From contig PTLN01000001.1 of NCBI GenBank assembly GCA_002938125.1, forward strand, positions 1-53,507: 53,507 nucleotides of DNA, given 5' to 3'. This document shows positions 1-8,521 of the stretch, in pieces; position 1 is the first letter of the stretch; each line of letters starts with the position of its first letter. The position numbers and the translations under genes were made by a program. The stretch comes from Alphaproteobacteria bacterium MarineAlpha2_Bin1. Lineage in GTDB: Bacteria > Pseudomonadota > Alphaproteobacteria > SHVP01. The notes below the pieces were generated by a model. It was given only the letters and a program-made list of their open reading frames with translations. It searched no databases and was not told the DNA's origin.

Positions 1-1
1 A

Positions 2-124
2 CTTAATTTTATGCTTGAAAGAGAGAAAAGAGCCAAAATTGCATCTAAATGTTTTGAAGCGCTAGAAGCAAGAGTTTTATTAGATCTAAACGGATGGTCT
101 AATGAAGATATTTTTTCTCATTAG
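2..124 (+). CDS. 3' end of an unidentified CDS running off the left edge
   Basis: Frame 2 is open from the window edge to TAG at 122-124 (...LEREKRAKIASKCFEALEARVLLDLNGWSNEDIFSH*). Only about 40 codons are visible and I recognise no family. Confidence 0.3.
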   Translation, partial: LNFMLEREKRAKIASKCFEALEARVLLDLNGWSNEDIFSH

Positions 125-187
125 TAAATGTATTAATTTATTTTTTCCTTATACTAAACCAGTGAATAATTAAGAAAATTACATATA

Positions 188-1162
188 ATGAAAAATAAAA
201 ATCAAGTTTTGAAATTGGATTATTTAGAAATAGGTAAAAAAGTACTTATTGATGAATCCAAAGGTATAGTGGAACTTGCATCTAATTTAGGAAATGAATT
301 TATAGAAGTAATTAATTGTTTAAAATCTATAAACGGAAGGTTCATTTTTTCTGGGGTAGGAAAATCAGGTCATATAGCAAAAAAAATTTCCTCAACTCTA
401 TCTTCAACGGGTTCACCTTCACATTTCCTTCATCCAACAGAGGCAAGTCATGGCGATTTAGGTATTTTAACAGATATAGACTGTTTAATTATTTTTTCAA
501 AATCTGGAGAGAGCTATGAAATAAATGATATTCTTTCAGTAGCAAAAAATCTTTCAATACCAATTATAGCTATTTGCGCAAATTCAAAATCTACTTTAGT
601 TAAGTCATCTACACATTTTTTAAAAATTCCTAAAATACCTGAGGCTGGAAATTTAGCTTTGGCTCCAACTACATCAAGCACAATGATGTTATCCCTTGGT
701 GATGCAATCGCAATAGCCTTACTCGAAGCAAAAAACTTTTCCTCAGATGATTTTCAAAAATTTCATCCTGGAGGTAGACTTGGTATGTCTCTACTTAAAG
801 TAAGTGATCTGATGCATACAAAAGAAAGTGTGCCCATTGTAAATACTAGCTCTCTAATGTCGGAGGTTCTTTTAGCTATGTCATCCAAAAATTTTGGGTG
901 TGCCTGTGTAGTAGACGAAAAATTAAATCTTGTAGGATCAATCACAGATGGTGACTTAAGAAGACATATAGATAAAGATCTACTTGAGAGGAAGGCAATT
1001 GATATTATGTCAAAATCACCAAAGACTATTGATCCTACTGCATATGCCATTGATGCTATAAAAAAAATGGTGGGGTCAATAACTAGTCTATTTGTTGTTG
1101 AAAATAATAAGGTAATAGGTTTACTTAGGTTACATGACTGCATAAGGGCTGGCCTAAACTAA
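188..1162 (+). CDS. kdsD: Arabinose-5-phosphate isomerase (KdsD/KpsF family; SIS + CBS domains)
   Basis: 324-aa ORF. SIS motif GVGKSGHIAKKISSTLSSTGSPSHFLHPTEASHGDLG, with a CBS-pair-like C-terminus. Lies directly upstream of lptC-lptA-lptB-rpoN, the canonical cluster. Confidence 0.9.
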   Translation: MKNKNQVLKLDYLEIGKKVLIDESKGIVELASNLGNEFIEVINCLKSINGRFIFSGVGKSGHIAKKISSTLSSTGSPSHFLHPTEASHGDLGILTDIDCLIIFSKSGESYEINDILSVAKNLSIPIIAICANSKSTLVKSSTHFLKIPKIPEAGNLALAPTTSSTMMLSLGDAIAIALLEAKNFSSDDFQKFHPGGRLGMSLLKVSDLMHTKESVPIVNTSSLMSEVLLAMSSKNFGCACVVDEKLNLVGSITDGDLRRHIDKDLLERKAIDIMSKSPKTIDPTAYAIDAIKKMVGSITSLFVVENNKVIGLLRLHDCIRAGLN

Positions 1163-1818
1163 TGGAAGGAAAATCAGAAAAACAAGGGTTCGAATTATTA
1201 GTAAAGAATAATGAAAAAAGTTCTTTTATTAGCTATAGATATACTCGTTTTGTGAGCCTTATTAAGTTAGTATTCTTGGCTACAGCTTCAGCATTAGTAT
1301 TCCTCATTGTTGCTTGGTCATTTAGTTCACCTAGTGATAATAAAATTACGATTTCATTAAGTAACCCTAAACAAATAAAAAATATTAATGAGGGTCTTAC
1401 AAATGGTCGATTTATTGGAAAAGATAAAAATGATCAAACTTATATAATAACAGCAGATTATGCTGAACCTATAAATGGAAACCCCAGAGAAATTGCCCTA
1501 CAAACTCTTCAAGCTGACCTTACTTTAGATGACGGTACTTGGATAACTTTGAAGGCACCTGGTGGAGTTCTTAACAGGAGTCAAAATGAACTATTACTTG
1601 GTGATTCAGTCTATATATATGCAGACAACCGTTTTGAAGTTTTTACAAATCTTGTAAAAATAGATTTATCAAATAGTATTATTACAAGTAACAGCCATAT
1701 AAATATGCAGTCAGCCTATGGTAATTTAGTGGCAAATTCATTTAATTTTAATAATAAAAAAAATAACCTATACTTCTCAGATGTAAAATTAATTTTTAAC
1801 CCGAAACACTTACCATGA
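1162..1818 (+). CDS. lptC: LPS export system protein LptC-like
   Basis: 218 aa. The ATG overlaps the kdsD stop (TAATG). One N-terminal TM helix (LIKLVFLATASALVFLIVAWSF) followed by a beta-rich domain. Assigned mainly from its position between kdsD and lptA and from its architecture. Confidence 0.65.
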   Translation: MEGKSEKQGFELLVKNNEKSSFISYRYTRFVSLIKLVFLATASALVFLIVAWSFSSPSDNKITISLSNPKQIKNINEGLTNGRFIGKDKNDQTYIITADYAEPINGNPREIALQTLQADLTLDDGTWITLKAPGGVLNRSQNELLLGDSVYIYADNRFEVFTNLVKIDLSNSIITSNSHINMQSAYGNLVANSFNFNNKKNNLYFSDVKLIFNPKHLP

Positions 1819-2342
1819 TTAAAAATAGATTAATTATTTATATTACCCTTATTAATTTTTTTACATTATTTTATAGCTACTCACATGGCGCATCTAAATA
1901 TGATAAAAACCTACCTATCGAAATAACCGCTAACACTCTAGAAGTATTACAAAATGAGAGGATTGCTATTTTTAAAGGCAGTGTTGATGCTAAACAAGGA
2001 GAGATATTGTTAAAAGCTGATATACTAAAAGTTCACTATTCGTCTTCAAAAAAAGATGATAGTCAGTCTGTTTCAAAAATCTTTGCTGAAGGAAATGTTT
2101 TTTTTTCTACCAATACAGAAACTGCAGAAAGTAATAAGGGTGAGTATAATGTTGATCAAGGCCTTATTTCTCTCACAGGGTCTGTAAAACTAACTCAAGG
2201 GAAAAATATTTTAAGAGGTACTAAGCTCAAAATAGACCTCAAAACCGGTAAAAATACAATGATTGGTGAGACAAAACCTTTAAGTGAAACCACTAAAGAT
2301 GGCAGAGTTAAGGGACTTTTTGTCCCAAATAAAAGAAAATAG
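1815..2342 (+). CDS. lptA: LPS transport periplasmic protein LptA (OstA-like)
   Basis: 175 aa with an ATGA overlap with lptC. Signal-peptide-like N-terminus and an OstA-type segment PIEITANTLEVLQNERIAIFKGSVDAKQGEILLKADILKVHY. Followed by lptB. Confidence 0.75.
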   Translation: MIKNRLIIYITLINFFTLFYSYSHGASKYDKNLPIEITANTLEVLQNERIAIFKGSVDAKQGEILLKADILKVHYSSSKKDDSQSVSKIFAEGNVFFSTNTETAESNKGEYNVDQGLISLTGSVKLTQGKNILRGTKLKIDLKTGKNTMIGETKPLSETTKDGRVKGLFVPNKRK

Positions 2343-2389
2343 ACTTGTTGACTTTGTGTTAACAATTTCAAGACACTATAATATTCAAT

Positions 2390-3172
2390 ATGAATGAAGA
2401 CAAAAAAATTAAAACGGAAAGTGCCCCTAAACTTGTAGCAAAGAATGAAGGTCTTTTTGCTAGAAAAGTTGGCATTAATTATAAGGGCAGACCAATTTTG
2501 AGGGAAGTAAGCCTACATCTCCAAAGAGGTGAGGTCGTTGGTCTTCTTGGTCCTAATGGTGCAGGAAAAACTACATTTTTTAGTATAATTACAGGTCTAA
2601 TATTTTCTGATTACGGATCCATCTACTTAGATGGCCACGAAATCACTACTTTACCTATGTATAGAAGAGCAAGAGCGGGAATTGGTTACTTGCCTCAAGA
2701 AGCATCAATATTTAGGGGAATGACTGTTGAAGATAATTTAAAAGCTGGCTTAGAAATTAATGAAACGGAAAGTCATAAACGTGAAGAGATGCTTGAAGCC
2801 TTATTAGCTGAGTTTTCAATCAGTCACTTAAGAAGGACTCTCTCACTCATGCTATCTGGAGGAGAAAGAAGACGCGTTGAAATCGCACGTGCCCTCGCAA
2901 CTCGTCCCTCTTTTATGCTGTTAGATGAACCTTTAGCAGGTATAGACCCAATTGCTCTGAGTGAAATACGTGAACTTGTAGTCAAATTAAAAGATAGAGG
3001 AATAGGTGTCTTAATAACAGATCATAATGTCAAAGAGACCCTCGAAGTGGTTGATAGGGCATACATTCTCCATAATGGAAAAATTCTTATGCAAGGAAAA
3101 CCTGAAGATATTGTTTCGCACGAAGATGTTCGCAGAGTTTATCTTGGCGATAGATTTAGATTAAGTAATTGA
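2390..3172 (+). CDS. lptB: LPS export ABC transporter ATP-binding protein LptB
   Basis: 260 aa. Walker A GPNGAGKTT, signature LSGGERRR, Walker B MLLDEP. Sits at the lptA-lptB-rpoN position. Confidence 0.9.
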   Translation: MNEDKKIKTESAPKLVAKNEGLFARKVGINYKGRPILREVSLHLQRGEVVGLLGPNGAGKTTFFSIITGLIFSDYGSIYLDGHEITTLPMYRRARAGIGYLPQEASIFRGMTVEDNLKAGLEINETESHKREEMLEALLAEFSISHLRRTLSLMLSGGERRRVEIARALATRPSFMLLDEPLAGIDPIALSEIRELVVKLKDRGIGVLITDHNVKETLEVVDRAYILHNGKILMQGKPEDIVSHEDVRRVYLGDRFRLSN

Positions 3173-3182
3173 GGTATATTCA

Positions 3183-4700
3183 ATGACAATAAGTCAACGA
3201 CAAGAAATAAAACAAACTCAGTCACTTGTTATGACTCCTCAATTACAACAAGCGATTAAACTATTACAACTTACAAATATCGAAATAAATGAATTTGTTG
3301 GACAAGAGATAGAGCGAAACCCTTTATTAGAGCTTGCTGATCCTTCTAAACCTGAAAGGGGTGATGGTAAAATAGAAGAAGTTCAAAATAATATTATCTC
3401 TGAAAAAATGGACACTGCCACGCTAGCGTCAAAAGATGATTTGCCTGATAGCAATGATGAGCCTCTAGATATAAACTATAATGAATACCTTGAAGAAAAC
3501 GGAGTAAATAGTAATAGCTCAAGTTATGAACAGTCTAGTTCATGGGGCACCCAATCAAGTAAAGTGAACCACATTGATTATAGTGACTCTTTAGAACAAG
3601 TGATTGAAGACAAGATAAATCTTACTGATCATCTGCTTGAACAGCTCAATGCAGATATATCAGATCCTGGTGAGAGATTAATTGGCTATAACATAATTCA
3701 TATGTTAGATTCTGCTGGTTATTTTAAATCTGACATCTCCACTGTTTCAGAAATAATTGGATGTGATGAAAGTAAAACTTTTGAAGTACTCGAAAAGTTA
3801 AAAAAATTTGACCCTGTTGGTGTTTTCGCTAGAGACTTATCGGAGTGTCTAACTTTACAATTAAAAGAAAAAAATAGATTTGATCCAATAATTGAGAGGT
3901 TAATTGAGAACTTAGACCTTCTAGCTAAACATGATGAAAAAGCTCTTCTCCAAAAATGCGGAGTTTCATTGGAAGAACTTATTGAAATGGTTGAAGAAAT
4001 AAAGTCATTAAATCCTAAACCTGGTGATCTTTATAATACTGACGTTGCTCAGACTGTTGTTCCAGATGTTTTTATAAAAAAAAGTAATGACTTTAATTGG
4101 TCAGTTGAATTAAATACTGATACTCTTCCTAAAGTATTAGTTAATAGAAAATACTCATCATTAGTAAACAACAAAAATTCATCCGATATTGATAGAATTT
4201 ACATTAATGAACAGCTTAATTCTGCCAACTGGCTAGTAAAATCTTTAGAGCAGAGAGCACAAACAATTTTAAAAGTTGCCACAGAAATTGTTAAGCAACA
4301 AAATGAATTTTTTTCCAATGGGATTAAATATCTAAAACCTCTAACATTAAAGGATATTGCAGAAAAAATTGAAATGCATGAAAGTACAGTTAGTAGAGTA
4401 ACTTCCAACAAATATATTGAATCGCCTCGAGGTGTATTTCAAATGAAATATTTTTTTACTACCTCTATAACTACTTCTCATGGCGATAGTAGTTTATCTT
4501 CAGAAACTGTTAAAGTAAGAATTAAAGAATTAATAGATAACGAAGAACCTGATGATATTCTTTCAGATGATAAAATTGTAGAAATATTGATAAAAGAAGA
4601 TATTGATATAGCCAGAAGAACTATAGCTAAATATAGAGAGTCATTGAGGATCCCATCTTCAGTCATTAGAAGAAGGCAAAAAAAACCCTACATAAGGTAA
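3183..4700 (+). CDS. rpoN: RNA polymerase sigma-54 factor RpoN
   Basis: 505 aa. Gln-rich region I (LVMTPQLQQAIKLLQL), an acidic linker, and a C-terminal HTH plus RpoN box (ARRTIAKYRESLRIP). Confidence 0.95.
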   Translation: MTISQRQEIKQTQSLVMTPQLQQAIKLLQLTNIEINEFVGQEIERNPLLELADPSKPERGDGKIEEVQNNIISEKMDTATLASKDDLPDSNDEPLDINYNEYLEENGVNSNSSSYEQSSSWGTQSSKVNHIDYSDSLEQVIEDKINLTDHLLEQLNADISDPGERLIGYNIIHMLDSAGYFKSDISTVSEIIGCDESKTFEVLEKLKKFDPVGVFARDLSECLTLQLKEKNRFDPIIERLIENLDLLAKHDEKALLQKCGVSLEELIEMVEEIKSLNPKPGDLYNTDVAQTVVPDVFIKKSNDFNWSVELNTDTLPKVLVNRKYSSLVNNKNSSDIDRIYINEQLNSANWLVKSLEQRAQTILKVATEIVKQQNEFFSNGIKYLKPLTLKDIAEKIEMHESTVSRVTSNKYIESPRGVFQMKYFFTTSITTSHGDSSLSSETVKVRIKELIDNEEPDDILSDDKIVEILIKEDIDIARRTIAKYRESLRIPSSVIRRRQKKPYIR

Positions 4701-4769
4701 AAAAATATTACTTATTTTTCAATAGATTATAGTTAATTTTTTTTTTTTATCAAATTAAGTTAATCTAGG

Positions 4770-4799
4770 TTGACAAGACCAAATCAACCCGCATATCTT
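4770..4799 (+). promoter_or_regulatory. Weak candidate sigma-70 promoter upstream of ptsN
   Basis: TTGACA (4770-4775), an 18-nt spacer, then TATCTT (4794-4799), about 70 nt upstream of the ptsN start, inside the 168-nt rpoN-ptsN spacer. Based on a motif match only. Confidence 0.2.
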
Positions 4800-4868
4800 C
4801 CGCACCTTGTTTAATAATAGTATTTATTTTTTTATAACTTAGCTTATACATATAGATAGTGTAAATTT

Positions 4869-5336
4869 GTGATGGAAATACATAAAATTCTTTCTTTAGA
4901 AACAATCGTGTCTGATCTAAAAGTTTCAGGAAAAAAACATCTCTTTCAAGAGCTCTCGCAAAAAGCATCACAAATAGTTGGAATAAAGGACCGTGTAATA
5001 CTAAGAACTCTGCTTGATAGAGAGAAACTAGGAACAACTGGAATAGGTCAAGGAGTAGCTATACCACATGGAAAAATTTCTGAATTAAAAAATTCTATTG
5101 GTTTTTTTGCAAGACTTATTGATCCAATTGAATTTGAAGCGGTAGATGAAAAGCCTGTGGACTTAATTTTTTTATTATTAGCGCCAGAAGATGCTAATGC
5201 AGAAAATCTCAAAACATTAGCAAAAATTTCAAGGATGCTAAGAGATAAAAATCTATGTGATAAAATCAGGGGTTCAGTTGGCAATGATGCTTTATTCTCG
5301 GTGCTTACAGACTCACTTACTTCTTACGCTGCGTGA
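4869..5336 (+). CDS. ptsN: PTS(Ntr) EIIA nitrogen regulatory protein PtsN
   Basis: 155 aa. Phospho-His motif GQGVAIPHGK and the conserved position downstream of rpoN. The start is GTG 4869 or, perhaps more likely, the adjacent ATG 4872. Confidence 0.85.
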   Translation: MMEIHKILSLETIVSDLKVSGKKHLFQELSQKASQIVGIKDRVILRTLLDREKLGTTGIGQGVAIPHGKISELKNSIGFFARLIDPIEFEAVDEKPVDLIFLLLAPEDANAENLKTLAKISRMLRDKNLCDKIRGSVGNDALFSVLTDSLTSYAA

Positions 5337-6189
5337 TTTTTCTTAAATTTTCCGAAATTCCAAAACTACTAGTATGCATGGATAAATTATAATATTTCAG
5401 ATCTAGAGAAGATTTTATTATTTTATTTTCAATTATGCTATTATCTAAATCATTTAAATCAAGATAATTACTTCCCCAACCGATCGCCATGGATCCTCCA
5501 GAGTAAGTAGGAACAGTTACAAAATAAAAACCGTGCAATGAAAAGGCTTCTTTTAAATTGTTATTCATTTTTTTAAATTGCTTTTCTTGTAGAAAAGGAA
5601 CACCACCTTGAAAAATAGCAATACCTTCTGCAGCTAAACTGTTTGATATTTTATTATAAAAATCATTACTGAATAATACTTCACCTGGACCAAACGGATC
5701 AGTAGAGTCGACGATTATTACGTTAAATTTTTCAGAGGATTTGGAAATAAAATTTACTCCATCCTCAATAATAACTTTTACCCTAGAGTCATTAAAGGAA
5801 TTCTTACTTATAGATGGTAAATATTTTTTACATATATTTATAACTTCGCCATCTATGTCTACTAGAGTTACTGTATCAACTGGATGCTTTAGAACCTCTC
5901 GCAGAATTCCCCCATCTGCACCACCAATAATTAATATTTTTTTAGGTATATTGACTGAAAAAAGAGGTACGTGCACCATCATTTCATGGTAATTAACTTC
6001 ATCGGCTTCAGTAAGTTGAATAACTTCATCTAAAACTAAAACCTTACCAAGAGATTCATTTTGAAATATTTTTACATTTTGATAATTAGTTTTGCTTTGA
6101 TATATTAATGATGATACAGAAACCATAAGCTTATAATTGTCATGTAATTCCTCGACAAACCAATCACTTTTTTTTTCTTTATTTGCCAT
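5317..6189 (-). CDS. speE: Spermidine synthase (polyamine aminopropyltransferase)
   Basis: 290 aa. Motifs IIGGADGGILREV and VIIVDSTDPFGPG. The 3' end overlaps ptsN by 20 nt (convergent). Confidence 0.9.
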   Translation of the reverse strand: MANKEKKSDWFVEELHDNYKLMVSVSSLIYQSKTNYQNVKIFQNESLGKVLVLDEVIQLTEADEVNYHEMMVHVPLFSVNIPKKILIIGGADGGILREVLKHPVDTVTLVDIDGEVINICKKYLPSISKNSFNDSRVKVIIEDGVNFISKSSEKFNVIIVDSTDPFGPGEVLFSNDFYNKISNSLAAEGIAIFQGGVPFLQEKQFKKMNNNLKEAFSLHGFYFVTVPTYSGGSMAIGWGSNYLDLNDLDNSIIENKIIKSSLDLKYYNLSMHTSSFGISENLRKITQRKK

Positions 6190-6208
6190 ATTTTATATTA
6201 TAAAAAAT

Positions 6209-6787
6209 TCAAATATTATTTATTTTCTCAAACTCTTCAATAATTATCTTCATTTGCCTCTTAGCTTTTTCTTGAAAAATTTGACCCTCCCACGCTCGGT
6301 ACTCTCCTCTTAGATAAGCTTGTCCATTTATTTCATACATAAATGCGTTAAATCTATTTTGTACAAAATTATTTTTATTTTTTTTTACAGACGCAGGAAC
6401 ACCCATTACTATAGAATTTTCAGGTATTTGCATGCCTTCTTTTACAAATGCTCCCCCAGCAACTATAGAATTTTTTCCTATTCTCGCTCCATCCATAATT
6501 GTCGAATTAATTCCTATCAAACAATTATCTTCAATTACACATCCGTGAATTGTACAATGGTGCGTAATTGAACAATAGTCCCCAATGTATGTTCCTGTTG
6601 AAGATCCAACATGAATCATACTAAAGTCTTGAATATTTGTATGATTCCCTATAATGACCTCATGCATTTCGGAGCGTATAACAACATTAGGCCAAATTGA
6701 AGAACAACGACCTACTTTAACTTTTCCATAAATATTTGATGTTTCATGTACAAAGGCAGTCTTATCAATAATAAAATCTGAAATCAT
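6209..6787 (-). CDS. Gamma-carbonic-anhydrase-family / left-handed beta-helix (hexapeptide) protein
   Basis: 192 aa. Hexapeptide-repeat core with a YrdA/PaaY/CaiE-like pattern (SSIWPNVVIRSEMHEVIIGNHTNIQDFSMIHV...ITHHCTIHGC...GVPASV). Has a C-terminal extension of about 50 aa. Confidence 0.75.
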   Translation of the reverse strand: MISDFIIDKTAFVHETSNIYGKVKVGRCSSIWPNVVIRSEMHEVIIGNHTNIQDFSMIHVGSSTGTYIGDYCSITHHCTIHGCVIEDNCLIGINSTIMDGARIGKNSIVAGGAFVKEGMQIPENSIVMGVPASVKKNKNNFVQNRFNAFMYEINGQAYLRGEYRAWEGQIFQEKAKRQMKIIIEEFEKINNI

Positions 6788-6870
6788 GTCTTTTTACTCA
6801 TTGCTAAACTAATACTTTTATTTAGATATAGTAGTTTTTATTAATTTTCAATTATTAAGAAACATTAGTA

Positions 6871-7200
6871 TTAAAATATACCAAAATAACGAATGAATAT
6901 AATTGATAAGAGACCAACAAAAATTGTTGCAAAAAGACTTTTAAAAACTATAGCTATAATTAAAGTTGGAACACTTGCCCATAAAAATTCATTTGTAAAG
7001 CTCAAATTTAATTCTCCATCGTCAATAATTATAAATTGAATAACCATTGAAGAAAGAACAGCTAGTGGAACGAATTCCAAAATTTTATTTATATAATCTG
7101 GTATTTTGTAATTTGAGACAAGAATAGCAGGAATAACTTTAATCAATAAAGTAATTAAACTCATTCCAAAAATTGTATATAATATTAAGTTTTGTTCCAT
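6871..7200 (-). CDS. azlD: AzlD-family branched-chain amino acid transport protein
   Basis: 109-aa very hydrophobic multi-TM protein. Its start overlaps the end of the upstream AzlC-like gene by 16 nt, the usual azlC-azlD arrangement. Confidence 0.6.
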   Translation of the reverse strand: MEQNLILYTIFGMSLITLLIKVIPAILVSNYKIPDYINKILEFVPLAVLSSMVIQFIIIDDGELNLSFTNEFLWASVPTLIIAIVFKSLFATIFVGLLSIIFIRYFGIF

Positions 7201-7895
7201 TTAAATATATATAATCCTATTAAAATTGTAATTACAGTTGAAGTCAGTGTAGTCCAATAAGAAAAACCAATAAGATATAAAATTACTGTTAGTGTACCAG
7301 CAATAACACAAATTAATAAATGTATTTTTGTCAAAACTAAAGGTAGCAATAAACCTATGAACATTGCAGGCATTGCAAAGTCAATACCTAGACTATCAAA
7401 ATTATAATCTCTTCCTCCCAAATAAACACCAACTGTTGTGCTTATAACCCAAACAACATGACCAAATATATTCGTTGTAAATAATTCTAATTTTGGAGGG
7501 TTAAATTGTGAAAACCTAACTGTATGAATAGCAAAGGTTGCATCTGTTAATTGACATGCGTAGAGAAATCTTTGATATAATTTGAATTTATTTAAAAACC
7601 TACCTATAGAAGAAGACATTACAAAAAATCTTGAATTAATAATAAAAGTAGTCAATAAGATAGAAAAAATTGATGCTTCTATTGCAATAAGTTGAATGCC
7701 TACAAGTTGAACTGTGCCAGCATAGATTAGAAGTGACATCAGTATAGCGTTTAGTGGGCTAATCCCATTATCTATAGCCAAAAAACCAAAACTTAAACCC
7801 ATAGCAACATAGACTAAAAGAATAGGTAGAGTTAATATAAACCCATTGAAAACATGAATTAACCAAAAATTCTTATCCGATAATTTAAATTTCAA
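7185..7895 (-). CDS. azlC: AzlC-family branched-chain amino acid permease component
   Basis: Polytopic membrane protein with an AzlC-like N-terminal core (LPILLVYVAMGLSFGFLAIDNGISP). The track ORF (to 7976) reads through the tRNA gene. I trimmed it to the first in-frame start below the tRNA, TTG at 7895 (236 aa). The exact start is uncertain; ATT 7910 is also possible. Confidence 0.7.
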   Translation of the reverse strand: MKFKLSDKNFWLIHVFNGFILTLPILLVYVAMGLSFGFLAIDNGISPLNAILMSLLIYAGTVQLVGIQLIAIEASIFSILLTTFIINSRFFVMSSSIGRFLNKFKLYQRFLYACQLTDATFAIHTVRFSQFNPPKLELFTTNIFGHVVWVISTTVGVYLGGRDYNFDSLGIDFAMPAMFIGLLLPLVLTKIHLLICVIAGTLTVILYLIGFSYWTTLTSTVITILIGLYIFKWNKT

Positions 7896-7915
7896 AAAAA
7901 ACCCTAAAATTTTCT

Positions 7916-7991
<76 letters not shown>

Positions 7992-8048
7992 TATTAAAAA
8001 ATACTATTTATAAAAATAAAATACACACATGGGTAAAGATAATCATTT

Positions 8049-8399
8049 TTATTGTTCAGTCTTAGTATCATCTAAAACACTTGTAATTTCCTCCTCCGGA
8101 TCCACATCATCATTTTCATCTTCAAGATCAGGAAGGACCTCGTCGTCCGGAAGAATTTCATCTGCTTCTTCCGATTCTAAACTCTCATCTTCCAGTGGGT
8201 CCTCTTTAACCTCAGGACTTGGTGGTGTATCATTATTCGGCACTGGACCACTTCTAGCTAAAACTGTTTTTTCAACTAATAAAGCCCCACATAAAGGACA
8301 TGTTATAGGCGATCTTCCCATATCGTAGTATTTAGCGCTGCACTCCTGGCACGTGTGCTTTAAACCCCAATCAGCTTCTGGCAAATCTTCATACTCCAA
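8049..8399 (-). CDS. FYDLN_acid-family Zn-ribbon protein (TIGR02300-like), function unknown
   Basis: 116 aa. N-terminal CxxC...CxxC ribbon (HTCQECSAKYYDMGRSPITCPLCG) followed by a long acidic tail (EDPLEDESLESEEADEILPDDEVLPDLEDENDDVDPEEE). Divergent from aroA, as I recall for other alphaproteobacteria. Confidence 0.8.
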   Translation of the reverse strand: MEYEDLPEADWGLKHTCQECSAKYYDMGRSPITCPLCGALLVEKTVLARSGPVPNNDTPPSPEVKEDPLEDESLESEEADEILPDDEVLPDLEDENDDVDPEEEITSVLDDTKTEQ

Positions 8400-8521
8400 T
8401 GTTAATATTAAAAATTTATGTTATTATAAAATTGTTAATTAGTGTTATAAAAAATAACTTCATAAAGTGACTTAATAAACAAAAAAGGTCTATATAGTAA
8501 GTATTAATTTAGCGAAAAATT

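Noticed and set aside
4765-5037. 90-aa minus-strand ORF spanning the rpoN-ptsN spacer; also a search for an hpf remnant there
   Set aside because: The ORF overlaps the ptsN 5' end in antisense and has no family resemblance. No frame of 4701-4868 gives an Hpf/RaiA-like peptide, so no pseudogene can be claimed.
8029-8328. 99-aa Ser-rich + strand ORF
   Set aside because: It lies entirely antisense to the well-supported FYDLN-type Zn-ribbon gene. Its Ser/Gly-rich low-complexity sequence is the mirror of that gene's acidic tail (GAA/GAT read backwards). No RBS or family resemblance.
8347-8360. TGGCAC-containing sigma-54-like motif (TGGCACGTGTGCTT); also TGGCAC at 8811 and 13264
   Set aside because: The GG-to-GC spacing is wrong for the -24/-12 consensus (TGGCACG-N4-TTGC), the sites lie inside coding sequence, and no plausible downstream gene exists. 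I found no convincing sigma-54 promoter in the window despite rpoN being present.
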